Of a stretch of DNA of 53,414 nucleotides, positions 26,318 through 38,989 are shown one piece after another. Source of the stretch: Octopus bimaculoides (lineage: Eukaryota); the NCBI RefSeq assembly GCF_001194135.2, contig NC_068981.1:198755377-198808790 (forward strand). Reading direction: 5' to 3'. The stretch's first letter is position 1; every line of letters begins with the position of its first letter. The notes beneath the pieces were generated by a model that did not search any database, had not been told where the DNA came from, and worked only from the letters and a program-made list of their open reading frames with translations. A program made the translations under genes and the position numbers.

Positions 26318-27079
26318 CTGTAACAACAACAACAACAACAACAAATAAAAAATTAAAACCAACATAAACAATACCCACTTTATTTTATTCTCCTCGTTTC
26401 GCCATTTCCAACTGAATTTCCTTTTGTTGAAAGATTTTATTTACATATAAAAAACCCTGCAGCATTTGGAAGTGGAAGGGCTTTTGATACAATGGTGTCC
26501 ACAACTCACACATGAAAGGCAGGAGGTATAAAACAGCATTACACACCCACATATGTACAATAACCGTTCGCTCCTTCTTGGGCCACGCTGCCTTGAGGGA
26601 AATGTACATCTTGGAGTAAAGAGTAAACCCTCTGATGCATTCTACCTTATGTATTCTGTACAGTAGTTACAGAAGGCAGAGAGCGAGTAGGCTTGCTTGG
26701 GGTTTGTCTTGTTGAGGACTTGACAAATTTCTTAACTACATAATCATTTATGTCAGTGTGTATCATCATCATTTAATGTCTGTTTTCCATGCTGGCATGG
26801 GTTGGAAGGCTTGACAGGAACCGGCAAGGCCAGGGGGCTGCACTAGGTTCCAGAGTCTGTTTTGACTCAGTTTCTATGGCTGGATGTTCTTCCTAATGCC
26901 AACCATTTTTACAGAGTGCACTGGGTGTGTTTATGTGGCACTATCACCAGTGTTTTGTACAGGACAAATACACACAAACATAATTATTTCACTTAGGTAT
27001 AGCAATACAAATGACCCAGTGTTAGAACTTAATATTCATGTTTCGGAATGAAGCATCAGTTGAGTAGAGAGCAGTAATT

Positions 27080-27307
27080 AGAGATTAGAATGACAAGGGA
27101 ACAAGAGATTAGAATGACAAATGAATAAGAGATTAGAAATGACAAGGCAACAAGAGATTATGTCATGAACTTCATTGTCTCACAGTTGTTTCTGTTAAAG
27201 GATCAATACTGTCATAGTTGAATGCTTGGCTATAACCCTAACCCTAACCCTATCGCTTCAAACACAACATGAAAAATTTATTTCATTCGTTTGTCATTCT
27301 AATTTCT
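27080..27307. mobile_element. MITE-like element with triplicated left end and internal (TAACCC)3
   Basis: About 24-bp unit agagattagaatgacaa... three times, inverted copy ttgtcattctaatttct at 27291-27307, and TAACCC x3 at 27233-27250. Confidence 0.55.
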
Positions 27308-29603
27308 TTATATTTCATTGTCCTCATTATTGAACATCAGCCTTCCATGTTAGCCTGGGTTGGATGGTTTGACAAAATACAAGCTGGAATGACTAAATCA
27401 AGCCTCAGTGCATGTTTTGGTATGGTTACTCTGGATGGAAGCTTTTGCTAATGCCAAGCATTTGACTGACACCAGCCCAAGGGACTGGCTGCTTCTTTCC
27501 ATGACACCAGCATTAGTGAGGTTGCAGCACAAAGAATAAGAGCCCCTTAACAGAGTGTCAGGTTGTGGTAGAGGTGGGAGGTGGTTTTATGCCAGATTTG
27601 AGAGGCTAAAGTATGATCGAGGGACAGGGAGAGGAGTCTTGCCAAGGGAAAGATACAGGGACACATGAGGGTGAGAGAAGTGAGGAGGGAGAGAAGTGAG
27701 GAGGGAGACAAAGAGGTGATGAGGTGCCAGAGCATACTCTCAAGGTACAGGACAGCGAGTGCAAAGGAGGAGACAGATAAAATGCGAAGAAAAGGTGGAG
27801 TGGGGGTGTGAGAGGTGTGTGATTGATTATGGATGAAGAGGTAAATATCAGTATGGGGGTGGGTGGAGATAGGAATAGGAGTTGATGACAATTGGCAGGA
27901 AGGATGAAGAGCAGCAGTAGCTTTGTCAGAAAGCAGGGAAGATGATATTTGGTGTGGGTGGAAGAGATGGAGGTGAGAGGTACATAGGAGTGGCTGTGGG
28001 GAGCAAAGGGGACGGGTATGTCAGCCACAAATATGAGAAAGTGCAGAGAATAACCAGGCATGGAAATCCGAAGATGTAGCTCGGAGGAGAGGGAAAGATA
28101 ATGGGGGGGGGGGTGCAGAGAAAGGGGTGATCAATGAGAAATAAGGTGGAAAGGTTTCATATTGAGAATGAGGGATGAGGATGCTAAAAGGAAGCGTTTC
28201 CATAGAGACAGACCCCTACATACATACAGGCATGCATGTGCAGGTCGGATTTATCCGAACATCTGTTATACGTATCCTCAGTACGTCACCATGTCATTGG
28301 CTGATGTTTTACAATTTTATTTCTTTAGTAACAGATCTCCTCCAGAAGAGTAAGAGAACTATCCTCATCCCTCTATCCTACTCTCACCTAGCACACAGCC
28401 TTTCCCTCAGTTCAACTCCCTCTCTTAACTAATAGGTGTTTGTCTTGCAAGTTACTTGGTGACCCCTACTGGTGTTGGGGCCACTTAGAAAAGCACCTGT
28501 GGCAGGTGCCAAGTAAAAAACACCTGTGTAGGTGTCACATAAAAAGCACTGGTGATGGTGTCACGTAAAAAGCACCCAGTACACTCTGTACAGTGGCAAG
28601 TATTAGGACGAGCCTCCAGCTGTAGAAACCATGCCAAAACAGAGTAATGTGTGTGTGTGTGTGTGCTTCATTCTACAAAAGTTGCGAGTCAAGAAAAGTA
28701 TTCTTAGAGTCACTTCTGCTGTCAACAAAATGTCTGCTCGTTTCACATCTTTGATATGTGAAATAAAAGATTCCCTACTTGAAAAGCAGTTAAGGGTTAG
28801 TGACAGAAAGAGCACCTGGCTGTAAAACAATGTCTCAATTAATCATTCTAACTTATGCCAACATCATTATCATTGAACATCCATTTTCCATGGGTTGGAT
28901 AAAAAAAAAAAAAACCAAAACACAAAAACCGAATGAATATATCAGTGGAGAATTCCCACAATTTGTGACAGTAAATAGCTGATGACAATGGTGATGGTGG
29001 TGATGATGATGTGCTGAGGGTTAGGGATGAAACAATATCTTTTGAGGAAGAATATTATTGTTATATCTGGCAGTAAAGTAGCAAAAATAGGGGTCAAAGA
29101 TAGAAAACTGGTGGCAGCCACATGCTGGCCCCTGAAGGGCCAAATGACAGTTACTTCAATGTGACCTTCCAACATGAAAAAACGTTTCCCATGTAGCTCT
29201 GTTTCTTAGAGATGATGTTCTCCCAGAAGCTGAAGACAAATGTCAAGGAAGACATACAAAGCTATGTTGTGTATAACTGTGACATAGAATTTTAGTAGCA
29301 GTTGTATGGAGTCTATAGTCATATGACAACATCCTCTCGGAGGAACCCAGGTTCAATTCCTTGGTAAGCTAGTGTAGCAATTAAGATTACAGAGAGATTA
29401 TGGATTACTGAGATATGAGTGAGTTTAATGTTGCATCTTCAAGAAATGGTAAAACGATGACCTTTATTCAGAGTTGATTAGAACTAATTAACATCATCAT
29501 CATCATCATCATCATTTAATCTCTGTCTTCCTTGCTGGTATGGGTTAATCTAGAAACATAATTTTAATGAACAGAAATTAAGAAAAAGCAAATTTTTACA
29601 AAC

Positions 29604-29738
29604 CTTGATTTTGAAAGCTCTTTTAAAACCACTGGCAAAGAATCCTCCGAAAGGTCCAATCACAGACGCAAACAAGGACATGGAGATACTGTGTAACATA
29701 AACGGGTAGGTACGAAGGGTACGATAGGGAATGTGCAA
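29604..29738 (-). CDS. Cds: Cds exon F, 135 nt, phase 0-0
   Basis: Acceptor ctcattccag|TTG, donor AAG|gtttgt. [45 protein letters not shown] is the first half of the phosphatidate cytidylyltransferase signature. Confidence 0.97.
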
Positions 29739-31127
29739 CTGGAATGAGAAAAAAAGTAATATATAATTTTATACAGACTGAAATATATATATAGATGTAA
29801 TATAAAGAAGTACATAATTCACAGAGATATGGATGGATGTGTTGGGAAGGTATAACAGCAAAAGACGAATATTGGGAACTGAGTAAGCAGCAATTTCAAA
29901 TGATGAACCCTTGTGATATTTGTTCTGCAGAAGTTGTACAGACAAATCCATGTCAGAAATACAATGAAACAATGATCTTCTCAGTAGAAACCAACAACTA
30001 ACAATGTAATTGTTCAAAATAGTTTCTGCTTTAACATAATCTCTTTCTCTCCATATTTTAAAGGAACAACCATTTGAGGTAATATTTTTTTACTTCCAGC
30101 TTCACCTTACTGGCACTTGTGCCAGTGGCATGTGAACAAAACATTAGACTGACTCCTGTGCAGGTGGCATGTAAAAAATACCATTTGAGCGTGGCCGTTG
30201 TCAGTACTGCCGGACTGGCCTTCGTGCTGGTGGCACATAAAAGCACCCACTACACTCTCAGAGTGGTTGGTGTTAGGAAGGGCATCCAGCTGTAGAAACC
30301 TTGCCAGAACAGATTGGAGCCTGGTGCAGCCATTTGGTTTCACCAGTCCTCAGTCAAATCGTCCAACCCCTGCCAGCATGGAAAGCGAAATATGTGTGTG
30401 TGTGTGTGTGTGTTCATGTCCTGCCACCACTTGACAACCGGTGTTAGTGCGTTTACATCCCCATAACTTAGCAGTTTGGCAAAAGTGATCAATAGCAAGG
30501 CTGCAGCCAAATGAGTGAAACAAGTAAAAGACAAAAGAGAAGAATGTTTAGAATGTTTCTGCAGCGAAAGAAGCAAAGTGAGGAAGTCATCATCATCATC
30601 ATCACCATTTAACATCCACTTGCCGGGCTGGCATGGGTTGGACGGTTCGACCGGGGTCTGGGAAGCCAGGAGGCTGCACCAGGCTCCAATTTGATCTGGC
30701 AGTGTTTCTACAGCTGGATGCCCTTCCTAATGCCAACCACTCTAAGAATGCAATGGGTGCATTTTACGTGTCACTGGCATCGGCCACGTTCAGATGGTGC
30801 TTTTTACATTCCACCAGCACGGGGAGCCAGTCAGGCGCCACTGGCAACAACCCACGCATGAATGGTGCCTATTTTGGTCCACCAGCACAGGAGCCAGTCA
30901 AGCAGCACAGGCATCAGCCACAACTACAATTTCCATTTTGGTTTTACTTGACTTGATAGGTCTTCTCAAGCACAGCATGTCGCCCAACGATTCAAAGGTA
31001 CCTTTTAAGTGGGCTGGTTATGCGACACTGGTGGAGGCTACGGCTGTGATCCCACTTTAAAAGAAGAGCATGGCAACAATTCATTTGATTGAATCAAGAT
31101 GAATAAAGATTGAAAAAGAAAACTTAC

Positions 31128-31280
31128 CAGAGTAAAGAGTCCATCAAGAGTTTCAGGCAAGGAATACTCGGCTATTTTAAAGACTGGGTGACGTTCACAT
31201 TCCATTGAGAGTCTATTTGAGGTGGGATTGAAGCTAATGGGGCAGACAAAATAGTCCCATTGTAGCAAAACATAGGAAAG
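31128..31280 (-). CDS. Cds: Cds exon E, 153 nt, phase 0-0
   Basis: Acceptor ctattttcag|CTT, donor CTG|gtaagt. LSYVLLQWDYFVCPISFNPTSNRLSMECERHPVFKIAEYSLPETLDGLFTL, with the FVCP and C motifs of the CDS luminal loop. Confidence 0.93.
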
Positions 31281-32869
31281 CTGAAAATAGAATTTCATGA
31301 GAAATAGGTTTTACAAACCAAAACAATAATTTGAATTTGAATTTTTAAAATTAATTTCATTTACAGTTTATAATTAACTGTCTCTCTGTTTACATCAGCT
31401 AATTAGAGCAAGATGATTAACTTTGTGCTCCATTATTATAATGATTTATTGTTTTTTACCGTATTCAATATTGCAAAGTTAAAACTGACAAAGTGGCACT
31501 TTTTGTCATGGCACAGTGGCAGTGAGTCACTTTCATCAAGGAATTGTCGTATTGTCCCAGGAATAATTGTGATAATGAAACATTCAAGTTCACTTTTAAG
31601 ATTGGTGGAGAATAACAAAGTTTAGATGAAGAATAATTCAAAATTATGTGATTAATATATGTTGGATGTGACATCGAAGGTAGTTTGGCTTTGGGATAGC
31701 TTAACCACCCAAAGGGATGTTTAGGTGCCATGCCCTGGATGTGACCTGACCCCCATTACAGTATAAAGAGTTAAAGGCCAAAACACTGGCGGGGGCGGCA
31801 AGAAAGCATTCTTCTCTGATGAAATCCTAGACTTTCTTATGACCTTAATCTACTGAGTTAGTAATACTTCCGATGGTTAACTATTGCTAGAGTTGGTTGA
31901 GCATCAGGTGGGAGGCCTTGTGATATTCCAGTGAGTGGGGCCGGGCAAGGGTGGATTGGTGAAATCGTTAGAGAGAATTTTTTCTGGCTCTCTGTATTTT
32001 GAGTTCCAATCCAGACATGGCCTCCATGTGTAATAGACTGAATCAGTCACCACTGGACACTTTGTTGCCTTTAGTGGTCTATTTGTGAAAATCAAATAGA
32101 CCATAAATTCTCAAGACATATGAAGATTTCTATTTAAAACTTGTTTTTATTAACTTTAGATAAACAATTAAAAATCGAAACTACCAAATTGCTTCAAATA
32201 AATATTTGAAAAATTATTTGGATAATATTTTTAGACCACACAGATATAATGAATCACCAAAACACAATTCCTCATATTTAGGGAAGGTGTTTGATCATGC
32301 TCAATAATTCAGGGGTCACTAAGGAAACAAGGTGTAGATGAAGGGTTTATGAGGACAGTACAAGCTATGTACTGTCCTCATATGTACAAAAATGCAGGAA
32401 GTGAAAGTTGACAATGACTTCAGGGACTAATTTAGAATTAAGGTAGGAGTCCGTCAAAGTTCAATCCTCACTCCTCTCCTTTTCCTTATAGTCCTATAGG
32501 CAATCACAAAGGAGTTTAAGACTAACCTTTCATGGGAACTCCTATGTGCGATTTGATCTAATTCTCAGCTGAATCAATAGGGGAATTAGAGAAGACATTC
32601 CAGAAACGGAAGCTAAATCTAGAATTGAGAGGCCTTAAAGTACACCTGATAAAAGTACCAGTGTGGTGCCACGTAAAAGCACCCAGTCCACACCCTGTAA
32701 AATGGTTAGCATTAGGAAGGGCTTCCAGCCGTAGAGACCAATGCCAAAGCAGACTGGAGTCTGGTGCAGTTTTCCAACCGTCCAACCCATGCCAGCATGG
32801 ACAACAGATGTTAAATGATGATGAAAGAAGACAGGAGGCCTGATACCTTCAAAGAAATGGCCTTGCTTG

Positions 32870-33285
32870 ACATGCAGAAAAGGAGAAAGCATAAACTCCA
32901 GAGACTGCACCCAACATAAGTGGAATCACAAGCAGACTAATAGAGAAAGCCTTGTGACAGGAATCTACTGCTCCATGAACACACTGGGACATTGGACAAC
33001 AGACTGCCTTGAATGCCTGGATAGCTCACTGGAAGAAGTTGATAGCTTTTGGCTATGAAGGAGATGATACCAGTAAGAGAAGTGGTTGATCTGAAAGTTG
33101 CCAGAGTGAGAACTGGTTGGAGAAAGTTCAGGGAGTCACTACTGATACTAGCACCGAAAGTCTTTTCATATCGAATGAAAGGCAGATTGTATGATGCTTG
33201 TGTTAGGATTGCAATGCTGCATGGCAGTGAGACATGGGCCTTGAATGCAGACGACTTGAAAAGACTGGAAAGAATTGAAGCTTTT
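32870..33285 (+). mobile_element. Older RTE LINE fragment
   Basis: VARVRTGWRKFRE...MKGRLYDACVRIAMLHGSETWALNADDLKRLER. Confidence 0.8.
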
Positions 33286-33527
33286 GTTATCTCAGAGTAT
33301 GTTATATATGTCCTTCGTTTTCTAACATGGTGAGGTTAGATTGGAAGGAGTTTGCCCTGCTATTTCTGGCAGATTGAGTAAATACATAGAAGCTCTGTCA
33401 TTGGTTCCAATAACAGGATGTAGCCATGTCCAGCTCTTTGTTATTCACTTAAAAGGGAATTTTATACCAAAAACAAGAACATTCTTTAATTATTTCTAGA
33501 GATAAAAAAAAAATCTGAACCACTTAC

Positions 33528-33684
33528 CAAAATTCCAAATATTATTGTTGAAAATGCCCCACCTATGAATCCTTCCCAGGTTTTCTTAGGGGACAGTTTG
33601 ATTAAGGGTGTTTTACCAAAGAAAAACCCAAACATATATGCCATGATGTCGTTGCAGATAATCATGGAAACGGGAACCATCAGC
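33528..33684 (-). CDS. Cds: Cds exon D, 157 nt, phase 2-0
   Basis: Acceptor tttttgcag|G, donor TTG|gtaagt. (W)[52 protein letters not shown] contains the conserved [21 protein letters not shown] motif. Confidence 0.98.
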
Positions 33685-34638
33685 CTGCAAAAACGAGAAA
33701 AAAAAAAAAGTTATTGAAAATTCTAAATATTGAGAAGTTTCTTTTTTTTTGTAACAGAATGAAATTCAACCCTTTTTGGAAAAACATAAAATTTGGGTTC
33801 CAGAAGCAAACCAAAATTCAATTATTGAATATTTGATGAAAAAAGAAAAGTTCTTGTGTTGAAGCCAGCATTATCTCTAATAGAGTGAAAAACAGTTCTG
33901 GCAGACAAAGTGGCACAAATGCAGAATGGAATGCAGAGATAAAGAAAATGGGTCAGTTTGGTAAAATAGAGAGATTTTCATGTTAACTTATTAATGAACT
34001 ATATTTTGATAATGGTTAAGTTGGAATGTAAGAATAAATTTTTGTTTTTATCAAAGAAGTGGAAGGTAGAAACAAAACACAACTAATTCTTTGTTCTGTT
34101 AGATATGGTGAATCCATGCCTCACATTTGTTGGGAACTGAGTTGTTATGAAAAGAAAATTTGGCTAAAAATTAAAAAGGGTTTTGAATATAATTTTCAGA
34201 GTTTAAATCAAAAACAAACAAACAAAAATGTGTGTCTTTTTTTAATCTGATGTCTTCTTTTATTTCAGTCATTCATTAGACTGTGACCATGCTGGGGCAG
34301 CACCTTGAAGGGTTTAGTCACACAAAATGAGCCCAGGAATTAATTTTTGACTTTAAACCAGGCACTTATTGTATCATTCTCTTTTGCCAAACTGCTAAGT
34401 TATGGAGACATAAACACACCAACACCAGTTGCCAAGCAGTGGTGGTGGGGGGAACACAGACATAGAAGACTAACATCTGAACTATTTCATCTTTAGCCAA
34501 ATATTTGTAAAATTTCCTTCCTTACACATATGAATTATGGAATCACCAGATCTAGCAGAAGAAAAAAAAAGCTGGCTGTGTTCCGTTTCTTTGTTAAATG
34601 TGTAGAGTAAATTAGTTTTGTAGAAAATTGCTTCTTAC

Positions 34639-34721
34639 CAAATGAGGCCTTCGAAAACATTTTGCACAATTAGGTGAGATTGGGTGACAACAATCAGCAG
34701 CGTCACATGGGTCCAACCAAA
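34639..34721 (-). CDS. Cds: Cds exon C, 83 nt, phase 0-2
   Basis: Acceptor tttcttcag|TTT, donor TG|gtaaga. FGWTHVTLLIVVTQSHLIVQNVFEGLI(W). Confidence 0.97.
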
Positions 34722-35113
34722 CTGAAGAAAGAAGTAACGATTTGAATCAGTGACATTAATTACATTGTTAATTGGATGAGACACATAAAGAGAGAGAGAG
34801 AGAGAGATAGAGAGAACAATCAATCCCAGAACACAACTGGTACTGTAGTTATTGACCACCACCACCATCGTCGTCATTATTTAGCATCTGCTTTCCATAC
34901 TGGCATGGGCTGGATGGTTTGAAAGGAACCAATGGGCTGTAAGGCTGCATCAGGCTCCAATGACATCTTTGGCATGGTTTCTACAGCTGGATGCCCTTCC
35001 TAACACCATCCCCTTCGTAGGGGTGGATTGTGTGCTTTCTGCCTGAATCACCAGCTCTAACGAGGCTGCCATGCAAAGAGAAAAAGAAAAAAAGGGGGGG
35101 GGAAGCTTTCATT

Positions 35114-36013
35114 CATCATCATCGTTTAACATCTGCTTTCCATGCTGGCATGGGTTGGACGGTTCCATTGAGGACTGGCAAGCCATGAGACTACACCAGG
35201 CTTCTGTGTGCTCTGGCAAGGTTTCTACAGCAGGATGCCCTTCCTAACGCCAACCACTCCAAGAGTGTAGTGGGTGCTTTTTATGTGCCACCAGCACAGG
35301 GGCCAGTCATTTGGCACTGGCATTGGCCACGACAACAGTTTCACTTGACTCAGCAGGTCTTCACAAGCACGGCATATTACCCAACAATTGAATGATGCTT
35401 TTAAATGGGCCAGTTACGTGATGCTGGCATCAGCCATGGCTATGATCTCACTTGGCATGCTGGGTCTTCTCAATCACAGCATATCTCCAAAGGTCTCAGT
35501 CACTTGTCATTGCCTCTGTGAGGTCTAACGTTTGAAGGTTGTTCTTCACCACCTCATCTGATGTCTTCCTGGGTCTACCTTTTCCACTGTTAGGGTGTGA
35601 CACTTCTTCACTCAGCTCTCCTCATCCATACATAGACATAACCATACCAGCGCAGTCCATTCTCTTGCACACCATATCTGATGCTTCTCATATCCAACTT
35701 TTCTCTCAGAGCGCTTACACTGTCGCGTATGCACACTGACATTACACATCCAGTGGAGCATACTGGTTTCGTTTCTTGCAAGCCTATGCATGTCTTCAGC
35801 AGTCACAGCCCATGTTTCACTGCCATGTAGCATGGCTGTTCACACACATGCATCATACAGTCTACCTTTCACTCTGAGCGAGAGGCCCTTTGTCGCCAGT
35901 AGAGGTAAGAGCTCCCTGAACTTTGCCCAGGCTATTCTTATTCTCGCAGCCAAACTCTCAGAGCATTCGCCCCCACTACTGACTTGGTCACCTAGGTAAT
36001 GGAAGCTATCAAC
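35114..36013 (-). mobile_element. RTE LINE 3' fragment (RT C-terminal region plus 3' UTR)
   Basis: Minus frame YLGDQVSSGGECSESLAARIRIAWAKFRELLPLLATKGLSLRVKGRLYDACV..AMLHGSETWAV, homologous to about 3475-4350. Confidence 0.9.
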
Positions 36014-36623
36014 TGAAGAGGAAATATTTGGGAGATGATGGTGGAGGTGGATGGCTTTATGCCAAGGGTTGAAAGGCTAAAAGTATGATAGAGGGGTAAG
36101 CACAGGTGTCTTGTTATAGAGGGGATATACATGGCTGAGGGAGATGAAAGGAAAATAGTGATGGAGTGCCAGAACAAGCTCTCAAGAGGGGGAGGATATG
36201 GATAGGGGTGATGGGAGGGGATGAGAGAGTGTGTGGATACTCATCAGAGGGCAAGGGGGGAGGGGGTAAAAGCAGGTGGAAGTAGAGGTTAATGTGATGA
36301 GAGATGAACAAAGGTGGGGATGCAGCTGATGGGGGAAACACCAGTATGGGGAGGGGGTAAGATATAGGGGTGGCTCAGGAAGGAGAATAGAACAAAAAGT
36401 AGTGGGATACATAATGGGCTGTAATTGTAGGTGGATCATGATGATAGACATGGGAGAGTATTGAGAATGATAGCAGATAAGAGAATGAAATATAGGAGAG
36501 GGGAGAGAGAGAGAGAGAGCAGTGGTTGAGGGTGGTTAGAAGAAATTATGTGAGCAAGGAGAATAAGGAGGAACAGAAAGAGTTCAAGAAGTGGGAGGGA
36601 GGGAGGGAGGGACGCAATATTTG

Positions 36624-37485
36624 NNNNNNNNNNNNNNNNNNNNNNNNNNNNNNNNNNNNNNNNNNNNNNNNNNNNNNNNNNNNNNNNNNNNNNNNNNNNN
36701 NNNNNNNNNNNNNNNNNNNNNNNNNNNNNNNNNNNNNNNNNNNNNNNNNNNNNNNNNNNNNNNNNNNNNNNNNNNNNNNNNNNNNNNNNNNNNNNNNNNN
36801 NNNNNNNNNNNNNNNNNNNNNNNNNNNNNNNNNNNNNNNNNNNNNNNNNNNNNNNNNNNNNNNNNNNNNNNNNNNNNNNNNNNNNNNNNNNNNNNNNNNN
36901 NNNNNNNNNNNNNNNNNNNNNNNNNNNNNNNNNNNNNNNNNNNNNNNNNNNNNNNNNNNNNNNNNNNNNNNNNNNNNNNNNNNNNNNNNNNNNNNNNNNN
37001 NNNNNNNNNNNNNNNNNNNNNNNNNNNNNNNNNNNNNNNNNNNNNNNNNNNNNNNNNNNNNNNNNNNNNNNNNNNNNNNNNNNNNNNNNNNNNNNNNNNN
37101 NNNNNNNNNNNNNNNNNNNNNNNNNNNNNNNNNNNNNNNNNNNNNNNNNNNNNNNNNNNNNNNNNNNNNNNNNNNNNNNNNNNNNNNNNNNNNNNNNNNN
37201 NNNNNNNNNNNNNNNNNNNNNNNNNNNNNNNNNNNNNNNNNNNNNNNNNNNNNNNNNNNNNNNNNNNNNNNNNNNNNNNNNNNNNNNNNNNNNNNNNNNN
37301 NNNNNNNNNNNNNNNNNNNNNNNNNNNNNNNNNNNNNNNNNNNNNNNNNNNNNNNNNNNNNNNNNNNNNNNNNNNNNNNNNNNNNNNNNNNNNNNNNNNN
37401 NNNNNNNNNNNNNNNNNNNNNNNNNNNNNNNNNNNNNNNNNNNNNNNNNNNNNNNNNNNNNNNNNNNNNNNNNNNNNNNNNNNNN
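36624..37485. other. Assembly gap (largest of eight)
   Basis: N runs at 7831-7918, 19092-19101, 22855-22946, 36624-37485, 39475-39684, 40617-41266, 45321-45610 and 52365-52489. Confidence 1.
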
Positions 37486-37930
37486 ACTTTGTTCATGTAC
37501 TTTCTCTTGAACTTGTCAAATATCATGTCAACTCTCTCAGCCCCAAATCCACGTTGGGATTCAGGATATGTGCTGTTTATCACATGTTTATTGTTGCAGT
37601 TAAGGACCACCCTCGCAAGAATTTTTCCAGCTATGCACAACTTGATCCCCTGTGATTATCACATACACTCTTCTTCCCCCCTTGTATCTGTACAAGTGCA
37701 TCATAGATGCATCTTTGAACTGTTGAGGAACAGATCCAGTTTCCCAGATCAAGCAGATCAATTCGTGCAGCTTACTTACATGTTGTCTGCTGTCATGCTT
37801 CTACACTTCTATGGGAAGCTGGAGCAGACGTATGCCAGTGTGCAGCAAAAGTACCCAGCACTGGTTAACAGAAAGTGAGTTCTTCTGCAGAAAGAACAGG
37901 AATTTGAGGCAATTAAATTGACACCATATC
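37486..37930 (-). mobile_element. RTE (BovB-like) LINE remnant, N-terminal part of RT
   Basis: KLHELICLIWETGSVPQQFKDASMMHLY, DNHRG, IAGKILARVVLN and YPESQRGF across frameshifts. Confidence 0.75.
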
Positions 37931-38307
37931 TAGCATACAGTCTGGACCTAGTTCCCTCGGATTATTACCTGTTCTGATCCAGAAATTACTTCCTGTACTC
38001 CACAGTGCTTCGTCAACCAAGAGGAAGTGGAAGCTTCAGTAGAAGAGTTGTTCCCCTTGAAGGACAAGAACTAGAATCAGGGTGGGATCAAAGAACTGGC
38101 AGAAAAGTGGCTTCAGGCGCTGCAGCACAATGGCCTCTTCTTTCAATGCCAGGCTGTTTTTGTTGCAATTTGATGAATAAAGCAAATGAGTTACCAAAAT
38201 TTAGCAAAACTTTTCGATTCAACACAAAGACAATCAGTTGCTACAACTGAATACTCATAGGCTGCAGAGTAAAGGGTTAGGTGAGTCCAGAGCACAACAT
38301 TGATTAA

Positions 38308-38512
38308 TGAATGACAAGGGAACAGGAATCATGTAATCAACTTCACTAGCTTACAGCAGTTTCTGCTATAAGAAGCAGTGCACTCAGAGCTGGGTGTTTG
38401 TGCAACAACTTACAGCTTCCTCAGAACTATTCAAATGATATGTATGGTTATTTTGGAGAGTATTTAAATACTTAAACATTAAGCTGATTACACAATTCCT
38501 GTTCCCTTATCC
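38308..38512. mobile_element. MITE with about 33-bp TIRs and TTAA flanks (Kolobok-like, tentative)
   Basis: acaagggaacaggaatcatgtaatcaactt versus aagctgattacacaattcctgttcccttat. TTAA at 38304-38307 and 38513-38516; the right terminus is CC. Confidence 0.6.
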
Positions 38513-38629
38513 TTAATTACTACTACTTCAGCTCATCACCACCACCACCACCACCACCATCACTGTTTAACATCTGTTTTCCATAATGGCAATATATATA
38601 TTAAAGTTTATTTGCCAACACATATTATA

Positions 38630-38989
38630 CATGGTCTGATCAATAAGTATCCAGACTATTGCCATAGTAATGAAGCTAAGGCAAGCGAAATGAAGCGGCT
38701 TGTCACAAATTGAGTTTGATCTCTGCTGTGCATGTGCACTAAGTTTTAATGTTCTAGCTCACTTCTGCTGTTTCCAGAAGTGCTTGGAAGGAAGGTGTGT
38801 AGTGTGTGATCACATGCTACACACCTTCCTTCCAAGCACTGCTGTAAACAGCAGAACTGAGCTAGGATCTTAAAACTTAGTGCACATGCACAGCAGAAAT
38901 CAAAGTCAATTTGTGACAAGCTGCTTCACTTTCCATGCTTTAACTTTGTTACTATGGTAACAGTTTGAATACTTATTGATCAGACTTTG
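38630..38989. mobile_element. 360-bp palindromic mariner-derived MITE with TA target duplication
   Basis: TA|CATGGTCTGATCAATAAGTAT ... ATACTTATTGATCAGACTTTG|TA. The arms pair to a central GATC, with the axis at 38809/38810. Confidence 0.85.

Noticed and set aside
29320-29370. B-box-like ggttcaattcc suggesting a tRNA gene
   Set aside because: No cloverleaf or good A box. It is probably a SINE-head remnant. No true tRNA or rRNA genes were recognised in the window.
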